A stretch of DNA of 64,000 bases from an uncultured delta proteobacterium (GCA_963696385.1 CAVOKF010000005.1:1152001-1216000); one strand, 5' to 3'; counted from the first letter of the stretch, positions 40,001-49,598 are shown. The notes: a model not told the origin generated them from the sequence alone. A program made the numbers and translations.

Positions 40001-41627
40001 CAGGCAGCACCTGGCAGATCACTGTGGTGGAAGCGACCGTCAATGCCAACGAGCCCGTGGTGGCGCCGCCGTGGACAGGACGGAACGAGATCGACTCGTC
40101 CTGCTCACTGGGTGCGGCGCCGCTGGCCTGCGCGGCAATGGTGAAGTTCGGTGTCGAAACGCTGAATGCGGACGCGACGCCCGAATCGTTCGTTATGCCC
40201 CCACCGTCGGGTAGAACGCCGCTGCCACTTTCGGTTGCCACCACTGTGATGTTCGCGGAGGCGTTTCCGGCATTCGTAATTCCGAAACTCTGTGGAGGGG
40301 TCGACTGAAGAAGGATGCCCGCAGAGCCGAAGTTGCCAAAGCTGCTCGCGTTCAGGGTATCGAATGCGAGCACTGCCCCTTCGGGCTCCTCCGTCAGCGT
40401 GAGTGAAGTGCCCGCGGTAGAAGGGTCTGCATCCGTGTGGATGACGACCGTTGCGCTCACGGGATTGAGGGATACGGATGGCGTCGTGGACGACGGGGCC
40501 GCAACGGCGGGCGCTGTAAACTGGATCGCGAGAGCGCCGCCGCTCGGCGCAATGACCGATCCCACGGCCGCGTTGGTCCCGAACCCCCCCATGCCGCTCG
40601 TGTCGACCGCCGTGATGCGGGCGGCGGTCGTCCCGCCGTTCGTCAGGGTCACGGTTTGCGGCACCGGTGCCGCACCGCCGCACGGGGTGAGCCCGAAGTC
40701 GAGGGTGCCGCTGCTCGGCCAGCCCGTAAGGACGCCGCTCGCGGTACTGCCCGTGAAGGTAACTTGACTAAGGCTCGAACCGCAGACGACACCGGTCGCG
40801 GTGATGAGCGCGCTCGCGATGACCGGGGCGCTTCCGGTAGGCGTGAACACCGCGGTTGGACTCGCGGTTTCGCCCGGGTTCAGTGAAAATTCCACCCCCG
40901 CATCGGCTTGTTCCGCGAACGCGATGCTCGCGACCGGAGCGATGCTGAAGGTCCCGGGGGCGTTGCCGGTGTTTGCCAACTGCAGCGCGAGCGGCGGCGC
41001 GGCGACGCCGATCTCGCTGGAAGCAAAGGTGTATTCAGACGTCCCCGTGAGGGTTGCACCGGTGGGTGTCACCGAGAGCGCGACCGCCAGGCTCGTGTCG
41101 TTCGGATCGTTCGTGAAGAGCGACAGCGAGCCCGTGATCGGCGAGCCCGCAGTCGCCGAAGCCGGCACGTTTGCGGTAACGGTCAAAGCGCCCGACGCGC
41201 CAGCGGCGAGCGTCAAGGAACTTGGGCTGACGGCGAACGTTGGGCCCGTCTCCGTGACCGATACGGCAAGGACAGAGCCGCCTGTGTTCGTGACGGTCAG
41301 GGTCTCGGTGACTTGGGGCGTTCCGCAGCCGACTTCCCCGAAATCGATGGTGTTGGCACTCAGCGACACGAGCGGAGAGGCAGCGGATCCCGCGTCCCTG
41401 CTGCCGACCGTCGTGGCGTCAGGCGCAACGGCTGCGTCACTCGCATCGGGGGTGGATGAACCGTCTGCGGAGCGGGAGGCCTCTCCGCCTGCATCCGATA
41501 GGGCCGAGACCGGGCCGCCGTCCGGCACGGGCGAAGCGTTGTCGTCGCCCGAGCAGCCGGCAACGAAGCCGACACTGCCAAGTGCCAAAAGAAGGCTCGC
41601 GCGGGTGTAGCTCGATTGAAGGCTCAT
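37050..41627 (-). CDS. Large lipoprotein with about 10 choice-of-anchor-D/ASH Ig-like repeats and a C-terminal 18-Cys domain
   Basis: Lipobox VAGC; repeated (L/I)xFG...T(L/F)T(V/I)xNxG motifs; C-terminus ...NCAQGNGCNPCLQ. Confidence 0.8.
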   Translation of the reverse strand: MSLQSSYTRASLLLALGSVGFVAGCSGDDNASPVPDGGPVSALSDAGGEASRSADGSSTPDASDAAVAPDATTVGSRDAGSAASPLVSLSANTIDFGEVGCGTPQVTETLTVTNTGGSVLAVSVTETGPTFAVSPSSLTLAAGASGALTVTANVPASATAGSPITGSLSLFTNDPNDTSLAVALSVTPTGATLTGTSEYTFASSEIGVAAPPLALQLANTGNAPGTFSIAPVASIAFAEQADAGVEFSLNPGETASPTAVFTPTGSAPVIASALITATGVVCGSSLSQVTFTGSTASGVLTGWPSSGTLDFGLTPCGGAAPVPQTVTLTNGGTTAARITAVDTSGMGGFGTNAAVGSVIAPSGGALAIQFTAPAVAAPSSTTPSVSLNPVSATVVIHTDADPSTAGTSLTLTEEPEGAVLAFDTLNASSFGNFGSAGILLQSTPPQSFGITNAGNASANITVVATESGSGVLPDGGGITNDSGVASAFSVSTPNFTIAAQASGAAPSEQDESISFRPVHGGATTGSLALTVASTTVICQVLPAPLPLSGSAIGGGPIVTPTLLTFPATCGGPAPGSQTFVVSNNGTADLTWTLGGITGPGAAIYSATTSTPPGLLPPGASSTVMVTATAVASPAPNPNPAALAAQLVVTTDVPLDPPHVVNLSEVPLGDQLSVSVSTLRFGQVPLDTSLSQTFTVTNGANPGSSDANVQFACVGAGAAAYSGSQPASNLAAGSAATETVTFDPTSMGADPATLSVVTSDPVCAGLPGAIVLSGTGTAGSVSLSASTLAFGQPGDPYGLVNCGSTGTTQTLTISNAGNQPFNVTSVTLSEGSNSPFAISGVPTTAIAIGGSATITVVPSAIPAVSDPNNVSAFTDRLTIMTDAAGDTPHVVPLAMQARGAVIADTPLSTTWNFGTVGAGSIGTFSTSVRNTGNAPATVTLQGLTTQGIFGLQSNPTTVPPASVTALVGQFSAPSASGNWTDQGQLQVSATDAFCAALPSQWMTPTIDFSGSSNASPVATISGSLVFPTTDCGGSPPGGQSVTLTNSTNQQLPYTIRLSAGTWYTFADSGSGMLAPNGVATIVVNPKPVSPGQGVLPGSAPYADELIIDIASLPATDFTVPISWTLNGAVLSLPQGGGPDSDSQGPFYAADSTSGFSIPMANAGTASATLNIAIQPLDAFGIQPAPPIQVLPNIQALPELVSSTSDPACPATTNATATFVYSGPVCQPFPAASVNVRACVGTYEPAAGGGSTDDGGAIDGSASEGGLDAGIADSSVADATVVDATAVDAGLDATTVDAGLDSAHVEAGGDGPGNASPLTACTTAGETNCITCPNRSSGVCSRTEAAFVQLDIASGSVLTAGPDYAGSPTLTGNCLSCLVAGSCLDDPIHGVRNRECDDIGTAGFVGSSTTFTNGSGATVSTVSACLGALDCMTGATGQQCAASAQGDTFCYCGVSGFNQVGPTACSSRGANVNGACLAPEVAGFTFPQTDANDIINNYTDTTGANPSGIANQILNCAQGNGCNPCLQ

Positions 41628-41898
41628 CGTACGCGCTGGCTCCTCGGCGCCGTAAGATCGACGCTTTTTACGCAATGCCCCGCGGGCCGCAAGGGATACG
41701 GCTGACTGTCTCGGCACGTCACACGGCGATCACGCGATCGCCACGCAGATGGGATGCGCCGCTCTCCCCGGGCTTCGAGTGGAGTATCCAAGGCTCGGTC
41801 TGCTTCCGTAAGAAATAGCGATGCTCGTCTCGAGACCCGAAAACCAGTAATCCTATTCGACATTTGCGTTGCCGCCACCGGCGAGGCTTTAAACAGAA

Positions 41899-41926
41899 GA
41901 AGGCGCCGGCTTTCACCGGCGCCTTC
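41899..41926 (-). terminator. Intrinsic terminator of 41963-43615
   Basis: 11-bp stem GAAGGCGCCGG/CCGGCGCCTTC followed by TTCTGTTT on the minus strand. Confidence 0.8.
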
Positions 41927-41962
41927 GATTCCGTTGGTTACAAGCTTCGCGTTCCGATCAGA

Positions 41963-43615
41963 CTACTGCAGGCAAGAGGTGCAGTTGTTGCCTGCCGCGC
42001 AGTTCAGCAGCTGGTTGGCGATACCGGACGGGTTCGCGCCCGTCGTGTCGGTGTAGTTGTTGATGATGTCGTTCGCGTCGGTCTGGGCGTAGGTGAAGCC
42101 CGCGACCTCCGGGCCCAAGCACGAGCCGTTGACGTCCGCTCCGCGTGAGGAGCAGCTGGTCGGACCGCCACCGTTGAATCCGCCCGTTCCGCAGTAGCAG
42201 TACGTGTCGCCCTGCGCGTTGGCGGCGCACTGTTGGCCGGTCGACCCGACCATGCAAGCCAGGGTATTTTCGCACGCCGTCACCGTGCTGCCGGTGACTC
42301 CGCTGCCGTTGATAAAGGTCGTGGACGACGTCGTGAGGCCCGTCGTGCCGAGGTCTTCGCACTCACGACCCTTGACGCCGTGAGCCGGATTGTCGAGGCA
42401 GGAGGCCGCGACGAGGCAGCTGAGGCAATCGCCGGTCAGGCTCGCCGTGGCGTAATCGGGCCCGTTGGCCGTTACGGCGCCCGAGGCGATGTCGAGGCTG
42501 ACGAAATCCGCTTCGGTCGTCGTGCAGACGCCGTTCGTCCGGTTCGGGCAGCTCACGCAATTCGTCTGGCCCACGGCGGTGCAGGGAACAGGCGGAGGGG
42601 CCTTGCAGACCCCGCTGGTGCAGTTGGGCGCGGTCGAGGGGCATACGTTTCCGCAGCTGCCGCAGTTGTTCACGTCGGTCGTGAAGTTGACGCAGACTGA
42701 ACCGGCATCGGTCGTACAAGCGTTCGGGGTGGGCGCGAAGCAGGCGATGCCTCCGCCGGCCTCGCAGACCACCGTGGCCGTGTACTGCTGGAAGTTACCC
42801 GGCGCCGGGGTGCAGACCTGACCGGCATCGACGCCGCCCGGGGCCGCGCCAATGAGGCCCACGGTGAGAGTAACCGACGCGCTGCCTGTGAACGAACCGC
42901 AATTGAACGTCGCGTTCGCCGAATTCGGGTTGGTGATCGTCGCGCCGGAGGCCGTCGTGCTCCATACGATCGTCTCCGTGCCGCCGCTGCCCGTCGTCGA
43001 CGCCGAGCTGAGCTGTGCGACCTCCGGGGGCAGGACTTCGGCGGGGCTGATGGCGAAAGACGAGATGCCCGGGCATACGTAGGGGCTCTGGTTCACAAGG
43101 ACGACGCTCGCGTCGACATAAAGAGAGCCGGTGTCGAGGATCGTTGCGACGGACGAATCCGCCGGGACTGTGCACGTGACGACGATGGTCGCGCTGCTGA
43201 CCGCGCCCGCCGTGACCGTGATGCCGGACGACGTGCCCGAGCACGGGTCGCCGTTGCTGTCGGATCCGCTGATCGAGAGGATATACGTGCCCGCGTTGAT
43301 CCCGCCGGCGACGAATTCGACGGATTGAGCTTCGTGGCCCGCGTCGTCCGTGATCTGCACCGTGCCCGTGTAGGGCGCCGCAGCATCGTTCGTTGAGCTC
43401 GAGATGGTCCAGCCGAGCGCATTGACGTGGACGCCGTTGCCGATCGTCAGCGTCGCGCCGATCGAGCCGACGGTGGCCTGGCCCGCAGGGCCGTTCGTGG
43501 CGCCGACGGTGTTGCCGCCCGACGTGCCCGTGCTGCCCTGTTGGCTCGAACACGCGGCGAGCGATATCGCCGCCACGGCAAGACCGGCAGCGATTGTGTT
43601 ACGAATGAGTTTCAT
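41963..43615 (-). CDS. Cys-rich lipoprotein with a CVNxxTDxNNCGxCG repeat and a C-terminal 18-Cys domain
   Basis: GGAGG RBS; lipobox LAAC; T/S/G-rich; ends NCAAGNNCTSCLQ. Confidence 0.85.
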   Translation of the reverse strand: MKLIRNTIAAGLAVAAISLAACSSQQGSTGTSGGNTVGATNGPAGQATVGSIGATLTIGNGVHVNALGWTISSSTNDAAAPYTGTVQITDDAGHEAQSVEFVAGGINAGTYILSISGSDSNGDPCSGTSSGITVTAGAVSSATIVVTCTVPADSSVATILDTGSLYVDASVVLVNQSPYVCPGISSFAISPAEVLPPEVAQLSSASTTGSGGTETIVWSTTASGATITNPNSANATFNCGSFTGSASVTLTVGLIGAAPGGVDAGQVCTPAPGNFQQYTATVVCEAGGGIACFAPTPNACTTDAGSVCVNFTTDVNNCGSCGNVCPSTAPNCTSGVCKAPPPVPCTAVGQTNCVSCPNRTNGVCTTTEADFVSLDIASGAVTANGPDYATASLTGDCLSCLVAASCLDNPAHGVKGRECEDLGTTGLTTSSTTFINGSGVTGSTVTACENTLACMVGSTGQQCAANAQGDTYCYCGTGGFNGGGPTSCSSRGADVNGSCLGPEVAGFTYAQTDANDIINNYTDTTGANPSGIANQLLNCAAGNNCTSCLQ

Positions 43616-43700
43616 CGCGATGACCTCCAAAATGATGTTCCGTTGACATGCCCAGTCCCCCGGGGAAGGACCGGGGTCCACGTGCGTGCGCCGGCCTCTC

Positions 43701-43716
43701 TACAAGATGCGAGCCA
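43701..43716 (-). promoter_or_regulatory. Sigma54-like -24/-12 element
   Basis: TGGCTCG-CATC-TTGTA versus consensus TGGCACG-N4-TTGC. Confidence 0.45.
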
Positions 43717-43795
43717 AAGGGTCCGGGATCTCGATTTCCCTTTGAACGCAGGTGGTCTAATCGCTCTCATCGGTATCGTCCAGCGAAATGGTCCT

Positions 43796-43828
43796 CCGAT
43801 TTTCGGAATCAGTCTACGATTCTCGGAG
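43796..43828. promoter_or_regulatory. Shared upstream element (tandem CCGA-N3-TCGG-like units)
   Basis: CCGATTTTCGGAATCA is identical at 58330-58345; both copies are followed 6-7 bp later by GATT(C/A)TCGGAG. Confidence 0.65.
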
Positions 43829-43928
43829 AGATTTGGCCCGCAGCGTCACGCAAGTTCACCATCTTGTCGCAATTCACGTTTCGGTCGGTGCTAGCTAAGG
43901 GCGACGGCTCGCACCCGCAGGAGGTTGA

Positions 43929-46900
43929 ATGCGACGGGGCGGAAGCTTCATAATCGGTCTCGTCGTCGCTCTCATCGCCGTCGCGAGTTGCGCACAGGAA
44001 GAGTATCCGGAGGCGTTGTGGTCGGCCCAGCATCCGGGCGCGACAGCAGCCGACGGGGGGGGCACGAGTGTCGCGGCCGCGCCCGCGGCTGGGCCGCTCG
44101 ATTGCCGCCAGGCCCAGGCGGAGTCGCTCCCCGCGCGGCTGGTCGCGATGTCGGCGAACGCGCCTCCGAGCGCCACGGTCGTTCTGGTGTCCGATCTCTA
44201 TCAGGAGTTCGTCGAAGTCTGTGGGGCGTGCCACGGCCCTTCGGTCGATCCTCCAGGCAATGGAGGATTCCAGATTATCCAGTCGACCGACTTTTCTTCC
44301 CTCATGACCGCATCGGTGCTCCAACACGTCACGAACTCGGTCTGTCCCACTGCAGAGGATCCCACCAATCCAAACGATCCCATGCCGCCCTGCGCGAGCC
44401 CGGACGGCGCAACCTATTCGCAAAGGCTGGATAGCGATCCCATCAAACAGTTTGCGGAACTGGTTGGAGAATGGTTGCAGGCCGGTAGCCCGAGCTCCTT
44501 CAGCCCCGGCGGCGATGCCGGCCCCGGCGGGGAAGCCGGTGCCGCCCAGGATGCGGGCGCCGCGAGCGCGTACGTCCTCACGCCGCAATCTGGAAACGCG
44601 ATGACCAACATCGGCAACTGCATCCCCAGTGCGGCGATGGTGGGCGTCGACGTTGAGAAAGCCACGGCGCTGGACGCGATGTTTGCAAGCCTGACTGCCC
44701 AGGCGAGCGGTTCGGCGTTGCAGGTGATCGGTCTTCCGCAGAACCTATCCGACACCGACCTATTTACTCTCGACAGCCAGGCCCTCGCCCAAGAGGGGGT
44801 TTTGGCGTACGCCCCCGGCTACCCGCTCTGGTCCGACAACGCCGGCAAATTGCGCCACGTACGGGTGCCGCACGGGCAGTCCATCCGCTTCAACAAGACG
44901 ACCCAGCAGTTCGAGATCCCGCCCAACACTCGATTTTACAAAACTTTTATGAAACAAATCATCGATACCGACGGCAGCTATCGGTACCGCAAAGTCGAGA
45001 CACGATTGATCGTCTCGCGCCCGGATCAGAACAACCCGGATGGAACCGCGGTGGCGCAGAAGGCGCTCTTCGGCAGCTACCTATGGAACGCCGACGAAAC
45101 CGAGGCAGTGCTCGTCCAAACGCCGCTGAACGATGGAGAACCGTTCGCGGACACGCTGTTGCTTTACAACACCGACGAGCCGTTGGCCGCGGACATCTTG
45201 TCCGGTCAGCCGGCCGACCCGCAAGAGCAGCTGCTCGAGAACGGGGCGGCACGTCATTACGCGATCCCATCGAGCCCGCGCTGCATCGAGTGCCACATGG
45301 GTAGCGCAAGCCAGGCCTTCGTGCTCGGCTTCACGCCGCTGCAGATCAACCGCCGGCCGGTCGGTGTCGGCGGGGTCATCGAGGCCACGGGCCCCGACGA
45401 GTTGACGCAGCTTCAGCGATTCATCGACGCCGGGATCATCACGGGCATCGATACGATCGCCGATGTTCTGCCGCTCGAGCAGTCGCAGGGCGCGCGCACG
45501 CCGCGCAACGAGTACGAGCTGACGGCTCAAGGCTACGTGCTCGGCAATTGCTCGCACTGCCACAATCCGCGCGGGTATCCCAGCGTCGAGAATCCTGTGC
45601 TGACGACCGTGCTCGATTTTCTTCCGGGGCCCAAGGGAGGCGTATTTCAGTTTCCCCTCGAGAGCTACAGCCCGCGTATCGGTCGGGGGCTCACGGGGAC
45701 GACGCCCATCCCGTACATCACGCCGTCACTCGTCGATCTCCCGAAGCTCGACCCCAATTCCGGCGGACAGGCCGCAGACTGGTTCGTCAGCGCAGGCGCG
45801 CAAGGGACGAACACGGTGGATTACGCAATCTACGCTCCTTGGCGAAGTATCATTTATCGCAACGTCGATGCGGCTTTTGCCTATACGGACGACTTCGCGC
45901 TGTTTCCGCATATGCCCATGAACACGCCGGGATACGATCCGCGCGCCAAACAGATCCTCGGCGACTGGATGGTCAGCATCCCCTCTGTGCGAAAGCAACC
46001 GGAGATTCCCGAGTACGCGTATCGGACCGACGGTTCCGCGTCGGACAACATCAACGGCCCCGTCGTGGACACGACGCCTCAACCGTATGTCGAAGTGCTT
46101 CCGGGGGCGCCGGCGTACAACAGCGCCGTCATCGCCGCGCAGCAGCGGTTGGCCATCCTTCATACGGGGGTCAACCAAGCGGTCGCGTTGGCGCCGGGCG
46201 GCGTCGTCTACTCGAAGTATGCGGATCGCGGTCAAACCGGTGACATCATCGATCCCGAGGTGACGGCGGACCCCATCTGCCACCCGATCCCCGTTGGCGA
46301 ACCGGACTTGTACTATACGCCGCTGCCCGAGCATCCGGACTGGGTGGTCACCGATCTCACCGAACCGCCCGGCGCGTGGGCGCCGAGGCAACCGAATTGG
46401 CCCCAAGTGTTGGTCGAGGGGCAGGTTCCTCCGCAGGGCACGGCGTGCACGGGACTGACCGGTGAGCAAGCCGCTTACGCCGACCAGATCGATGCCGTGC
46501 AATTGCTGCCGAGCGTCACCCTCGACCAAGTGCAAGCTTACGCGACGGCCAAACAGCCGTTCGGATTGTGGCAACAGCAGGCCTCGTGCAATTTCTCTTC
46601 GCAGCCTACGGTGAGCTCGTTCACCGGGGCCCAACGGCCGCATTGGATGGACGTCACGAATCCACCCCCGGACGCTCCCGTCTACATGGAGACACCCGGG
46701 GAGGCCATTTTCAAAATGATCTGCATCAACTGCCATGGTCCCGACGGCGCGGCGGACGGCCGAATGGCACAAAACCTCGCGACGATGACCGGTGGCAACG
46801 CGCGTGTCGCGGACTTTCGCGACGGTCTGTTTGGGCCGGTGGGTGCGGCGGAAGACATGAGCAATCGCCATGCGGTGTTCGGGATCACAGCCTTGCAAGC

Positions 46901-47762
46901 CGCCGTCCCGGACGCGTCCGCCAATTGGGTGGGAGACACGGATGCGGGGATTGCGGTGACCGACGACGATCGAGCTGCGCGGTACATGGCGTGGATGGGC
47001 CTCGGAGGCACGTCCGTGAACATCCCAGTCGCGATTCTGGAAATCGTGGCCATCACGCAGGTGCTCGACCAGGTGAGGACGCTCGCCGCTTCTTCCCTTT
47101 CGGCGAACATGCTGTCGGAGACGAAAGCGCTCTGCCTGGGCCTTTTTGGGCCCGGCTTCGCCGATGCCCAAAACGGCGAATTCTTCGACCCTACTCCGGG
47201 TCACGGGTATCTCGACGCCAAATTGACTCATTTGAACGACGCACTGATTCCTGAAAACGGCGACGCCGAGCTCTGGCTGAATCTCTGTTCGATGGCGAAT
47301 CCGGCGCCGGTTCATCTGCTTCAATTGGACCCGCACGGATTGCTCCAACTGACCGTCGCGCCGACCCAAGACTCTCAGTACGATCTCGAGATCCAGCCCC
47401 AGTCGCTTGTGGCGGCCGCCAATTACCCGGCGGGAGCTTCGGTCGGCGACGAAGGCGCGAACGTTCAGCCGAGCCTTCAACCCACGAATCTTTGGCCTTG
47501 GTGCGTCGACAACACGGCCGCCACGGCGGCTCAGTCCGAGTGGCTGCAATCGAATTCCATCCCGGTCTGTCCGGCGAGCGTCATCGCGGCGGGTCAGGGA
47601 TGTGCGGCGAACCCGACCGCGGCGTGCTTCGGCAACGACGCAGCCAATCAGTGGGCCGTTCGTGGCGCGATCAACGCCGGAATGTCCGTGTTTCTGTACC
47701 TCGAGTTCATCGAAAACTCCGGGCCGCCACCCGACTACAACCAGTGCAGTCTTCTGAACTGA
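43929..47762 (+). CDS. Large c-type cytochrome lipoprotein with four CxxCH motifs and an SO2930-like diheme module
   Basis: Lipobox VASC; CGACH (44220), CIECH (45282), CSHCH (45549) and CINCH (46722); YPLWSDNAGKLR...FYKTF...ETRL...SYLWN segment. Confidence 0.85.
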   Translation: MRRGGSFIIGLVVALIAVASCAQEEYPEALWSAQHPGATAADGGGTSVAAAPAAGPLDCRQAQAESLPARLVAMSANAPPSATVVLVSDLYQEFVEVCGACHGPSVDPPGNGGFQIIQSTDFSSLMTASVLQHVTNSVCPTAEDPTNPNDPMPPCASPDGATYSQRLDSDPIKQFAELVGEWLQAGSPSSFSPGGDAGPGGEAGAAQDAGAASAYVLTPQSGNAMTNIGNCIPSAAMVGVDVEKATALDAMFASLTAQASGSALQVIGLPQNLSDTDLFTLDSQALAQEGVLAYAPGYPLWSDNAGKLRHVRVPHGQSIRFNKTTQQFEIPPNTRFYKTFMKQIIDTDGSYRYRKVETRLIVSRPDQNNPDGTAVAQKALFGSYLWNADETEAVLVQTPLNDGEPFADTLLLYNTDEPLAADILSGQPADPQEQLLENGAARHYAIPSSPRCIECHMGSASQAFVLGFTPLQINRRPVGVGGVIEATGPDELTQLQRFIDAGIITGIDTIADVLPLEQSQGARTPRNEYELTAQGYVLGNCSHCHNPRGYPSVENPVLTTVLDFLPGPKGGVFQFPLESYSPRIGRGLTGTTPIPYITPSLVDLPKLDPNSGGQAADWFVSAGAQGTNTVDYAIYAPWRSIIYRNVDAAFAYTDDFALFPHMPMNTPGYDPRAKQILGDWMVSIPSVRKQPEIPEYAYRTDGSASDNINGPVVDTTPQPYVEVLPGAPAYNSAVIAAQQRLAILHTGVNQAVALAPGGVVYSKYADRGQTGDIIDPEVTADPICHPIPVGEPDLYYTPLPEHPDWVVTDLTEPPGAWAPRQPNWPQVLVEGQVPPQGTACTGLTGEQAAYADQIDAVQLLPSVTLDQVQAYATAKQPFGLWQQQASCNFSSQPTVSSFTGAQRPHWMDVTNPPPDAPVYMETPGEAIFKMICINCHGPDGAADGRMAQNLATMTGGNARVADFRDGLFGPVGAAEDMSNRHAVFGITALQAAVPDASANWVGDTDAGIAVTDDDRAARYMAWMGLGGTSVNIPVAILEIVAITQVLDQVRTLAASSLSANMLSETKALCLGLFGPGFADAQNGEFFDPTPGHGYLDAKLTHLNDALIPENGDAELWLNLCSMANPAPVHLLQLDPHGLLQLTVAPTQDSQYDLEIQPQSLVAAANYPAGASVGDEGANVQPSLQPTNLWPWCVDNTAATAAQSEWLQSNSIPVCPASVIAAGQGCAANPTAACFGNDAANQWAVRGAINAGMSVFLYLEFIENSGPPPDYNQCSLLN

Positions 47763-47806
47763 AGGGGCGACCTCTTCGGCCGCTCGGCGGGAGCCTGGCG
47801 CAGCGG

Positions 47807-49102
47807 GTGCTTCAGCGTGGCCTGGTGGTGCTGTGGTTGGGCATCATTCCAGCGTTATTGACGGGCCTCGTGCTGCGCTTTTTGGTGCCGTGGCGCGGAG
47901 AAGGACTGCTCGGCGTGGCGGCCATGCTCGGGCGTCAGTATTCGCCGTACTTGGCCGCAGCCCTTTTCCTGTTGTTTGGCGCTCTTGTGCGATATTGGCG
48001 TTATGACTGGCCCGGCGCGCGCTACACGCTGAATCTGCCGCCGGGCGTGGCTTCCGGCGAACGAGCGCGAGAGCGGCTGGCCGAGTGGGCGGGCGATACG
48101 GCGATTTACGAATGGCTGAGGTCGCGTAGGACGCGGCTGTACCGAACGCTCGATCGGGAAAAGAGAATCGAGGTCGAACGCCGACTCGGCGAACTGCGGG
48201 CGGGCCTGGAAACCAGGGACATCGAACGCACGCGCACGGCTCGTGCAGCCCTCGAGGCGATCGCCGCCGCCCTGTTGGTCCGGTATCGTCGACGCCGGTT
48301 TCTGACGACGGTCCTGACCGTTCCCGCGGTCGCTTTTGCGGTTCTTGCGGTTCGCGCTGGCATCGCCGAGCCGTATCGGGTGCTCAGCACGTCGATGTTG
48401 CCGACGCTCGAGCCGGGCGATCGCATCCTGGGCAATAAGCTTGCGGTTGCATGGGAGTCCGACAGGGTGCCCCGCCGCGGCGACACGGTCGTGTTTCGCG
48501 CCTCGGCCCTCTCGTTGGGGGCCGAGAGCGCCCACGTCCCCGACGTTCTCGTCAAGCGCGTCATCGGCCTACCGGGAGACCGGATCACCATGCGGGGCAG
48601 CGTGCCGGTCATCAACGATTGGCTGGTGCCGACGTGCGACGCGGGCGATTACCTGTACCTGCTCCCCGATGCATCGGGGAACGCGCTTCGCGGCCGAGTG
48701 TACGTCGAGTTTCTCGACGACCGGGCGTACCTGACCGTCCACTCCATCCAAGCCGCGTTTCCGGAGCCGTACCGGGTCAAGCCGGGCGAAGTCTTCGTGC
48801 TCGGAGACGATCGCAGCAATAGCCTCGATTCCCGCGCGTACAACGATGGGCATGGAGGCGGCGTGCCACTGCAGGCGCTGCAAGCGCGCGCCCAGTGGTT
48901 TCTCGTGGGGACGCATCGGTCCGGCGACGCCGACTGGGGACGATGGTTCGCCCCGATCGACCGGCTGCAAGCTCGATTGCGCCTCGAAGGATTGGACACG
49001 GGCATGCTGCAGTCCGGCATCCTCCGATGCCTGCAAAGTCGACCGACGCAGACGCATCCGCCCGCCCAGCCGTCCAGCGGCAGCGGCAGTCCGGGCCCAT
49101 GA
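47807..49102 (+). CDS. lepB: Signal peptidase I (S26A) with an N-terminal membrane/helical extension
   Basis: Catalytic Ser box VLSTSMLPTL, Lys box VKRVIGLPGD, and FVLGDDRSNSLDSR. Start approximate. Confidence 0.92.
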   Translation: MLQRGLVVLWLGIIPALLTGLVLRFLVPWRGEGLLGVAAMLGRQYSPYLAAALFLLFGALVRYWRYDWPGARYTLNLPPGVASGERARERLAEWAGDTAIYEWLRSRRTRLYRTLDREKRIEVERRLGELRAGLETRDIERTRTARAALEAIAAALLVRYRRRRFLTTVLTVPAVAFAVLAVRAGIAEPYRVLSTSMLPTLEPGDRILGNKLAVAWESDRVPRRGDTVVFRASALSLGAESAHVPDVLVKRVIGLPGDRITMRGSVPVINDWLVPTCDAGDYLYLLPDASGNALRGRVYVEFLDDRAYLTVHSIQAAFPEPYRVKPGEVFVLGDDRSNSLDSRAYNDGHGGGVPLQALQARAQWFLVGTHRSGDADWGRWFAPIDRLQARLRLEGLDTGMLQSGILRCLQSRPTQTHPPAQPSSGSGSPGP

Positions 49103-49290
49103 TCGCGCCCACGACCCGTCGGCTCATGGTGGCCTTCGCGCTGACGGCGCTCTTTGCCAGCGCCTTGGCCGCGCTTTGGGTCCTGCCCGGCAGAGAGATC
49201 GAGCCGCGCCGAAAGGCGACCTTCGAACTGGACGAGCCCGCCGCGCTCGGCGCGGCGGCGAACGCATCGGGCTCGCTTTTACGGAAATAG
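49099..49290 (+). CDS. Small single-TM hypothetical protein (63 aa)
   Basis: ATGA overlap with the lepB stop; MIAPTTRR followed by a hydrophobic helix. Confidence 0.5.
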   Translation: MIAPTTRRLMVAFALTALFASALAALWVLPGREIEPRRKATFELDEPAALGAAANASGSLLRK

Positions 49291-49371
49291 GTGATTTCCA
49301 ACGAATTGCCCATACCAATGGGAATGTCCGTAGAAACGAACATCATTTCCTGTTTGACGATGATCGGCCGG

Positions 49372-49518
49372 AGCGAAGTCGGAAGTTATTTTCCGGGAAT
49401 CGGAGGCTTGGGTCGTCGAGCACTCGCGGCAAAGTGCTTCTGGTTTCCGTTATCATCAATGCAATTGACTAGTTACGCGATCCGGTCGGGCGAGCGGATC
49501 CGTGGTCCGGTCCTTGTA
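49372..49518 (+). promoter_or_regulatory. Upstream element (49391-49403) and sigma54-like box (49503-49518) of PstS-like paralog 1
   Basis: TTCCGGGAATCGG resembles TTCCGAAAATCGG, the reverse complement of the shared element; TGGTCCG-GTCC-TTGTA. Confidence 0.45.
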
Positions 49519-49598
49519 GGGGGACTGTGCGCCGTTTGCGCGGCTGTCGATGGTCGTGCGCGGGCGTGCGGCACTTGAATCAACCGGAGGTTTCCGAA

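Noticed and set aside
37050..43615. Cys-rich lipoproteins as multiheme cytochromes
   Set aside because: Their CxxC motifs are not followed by His.
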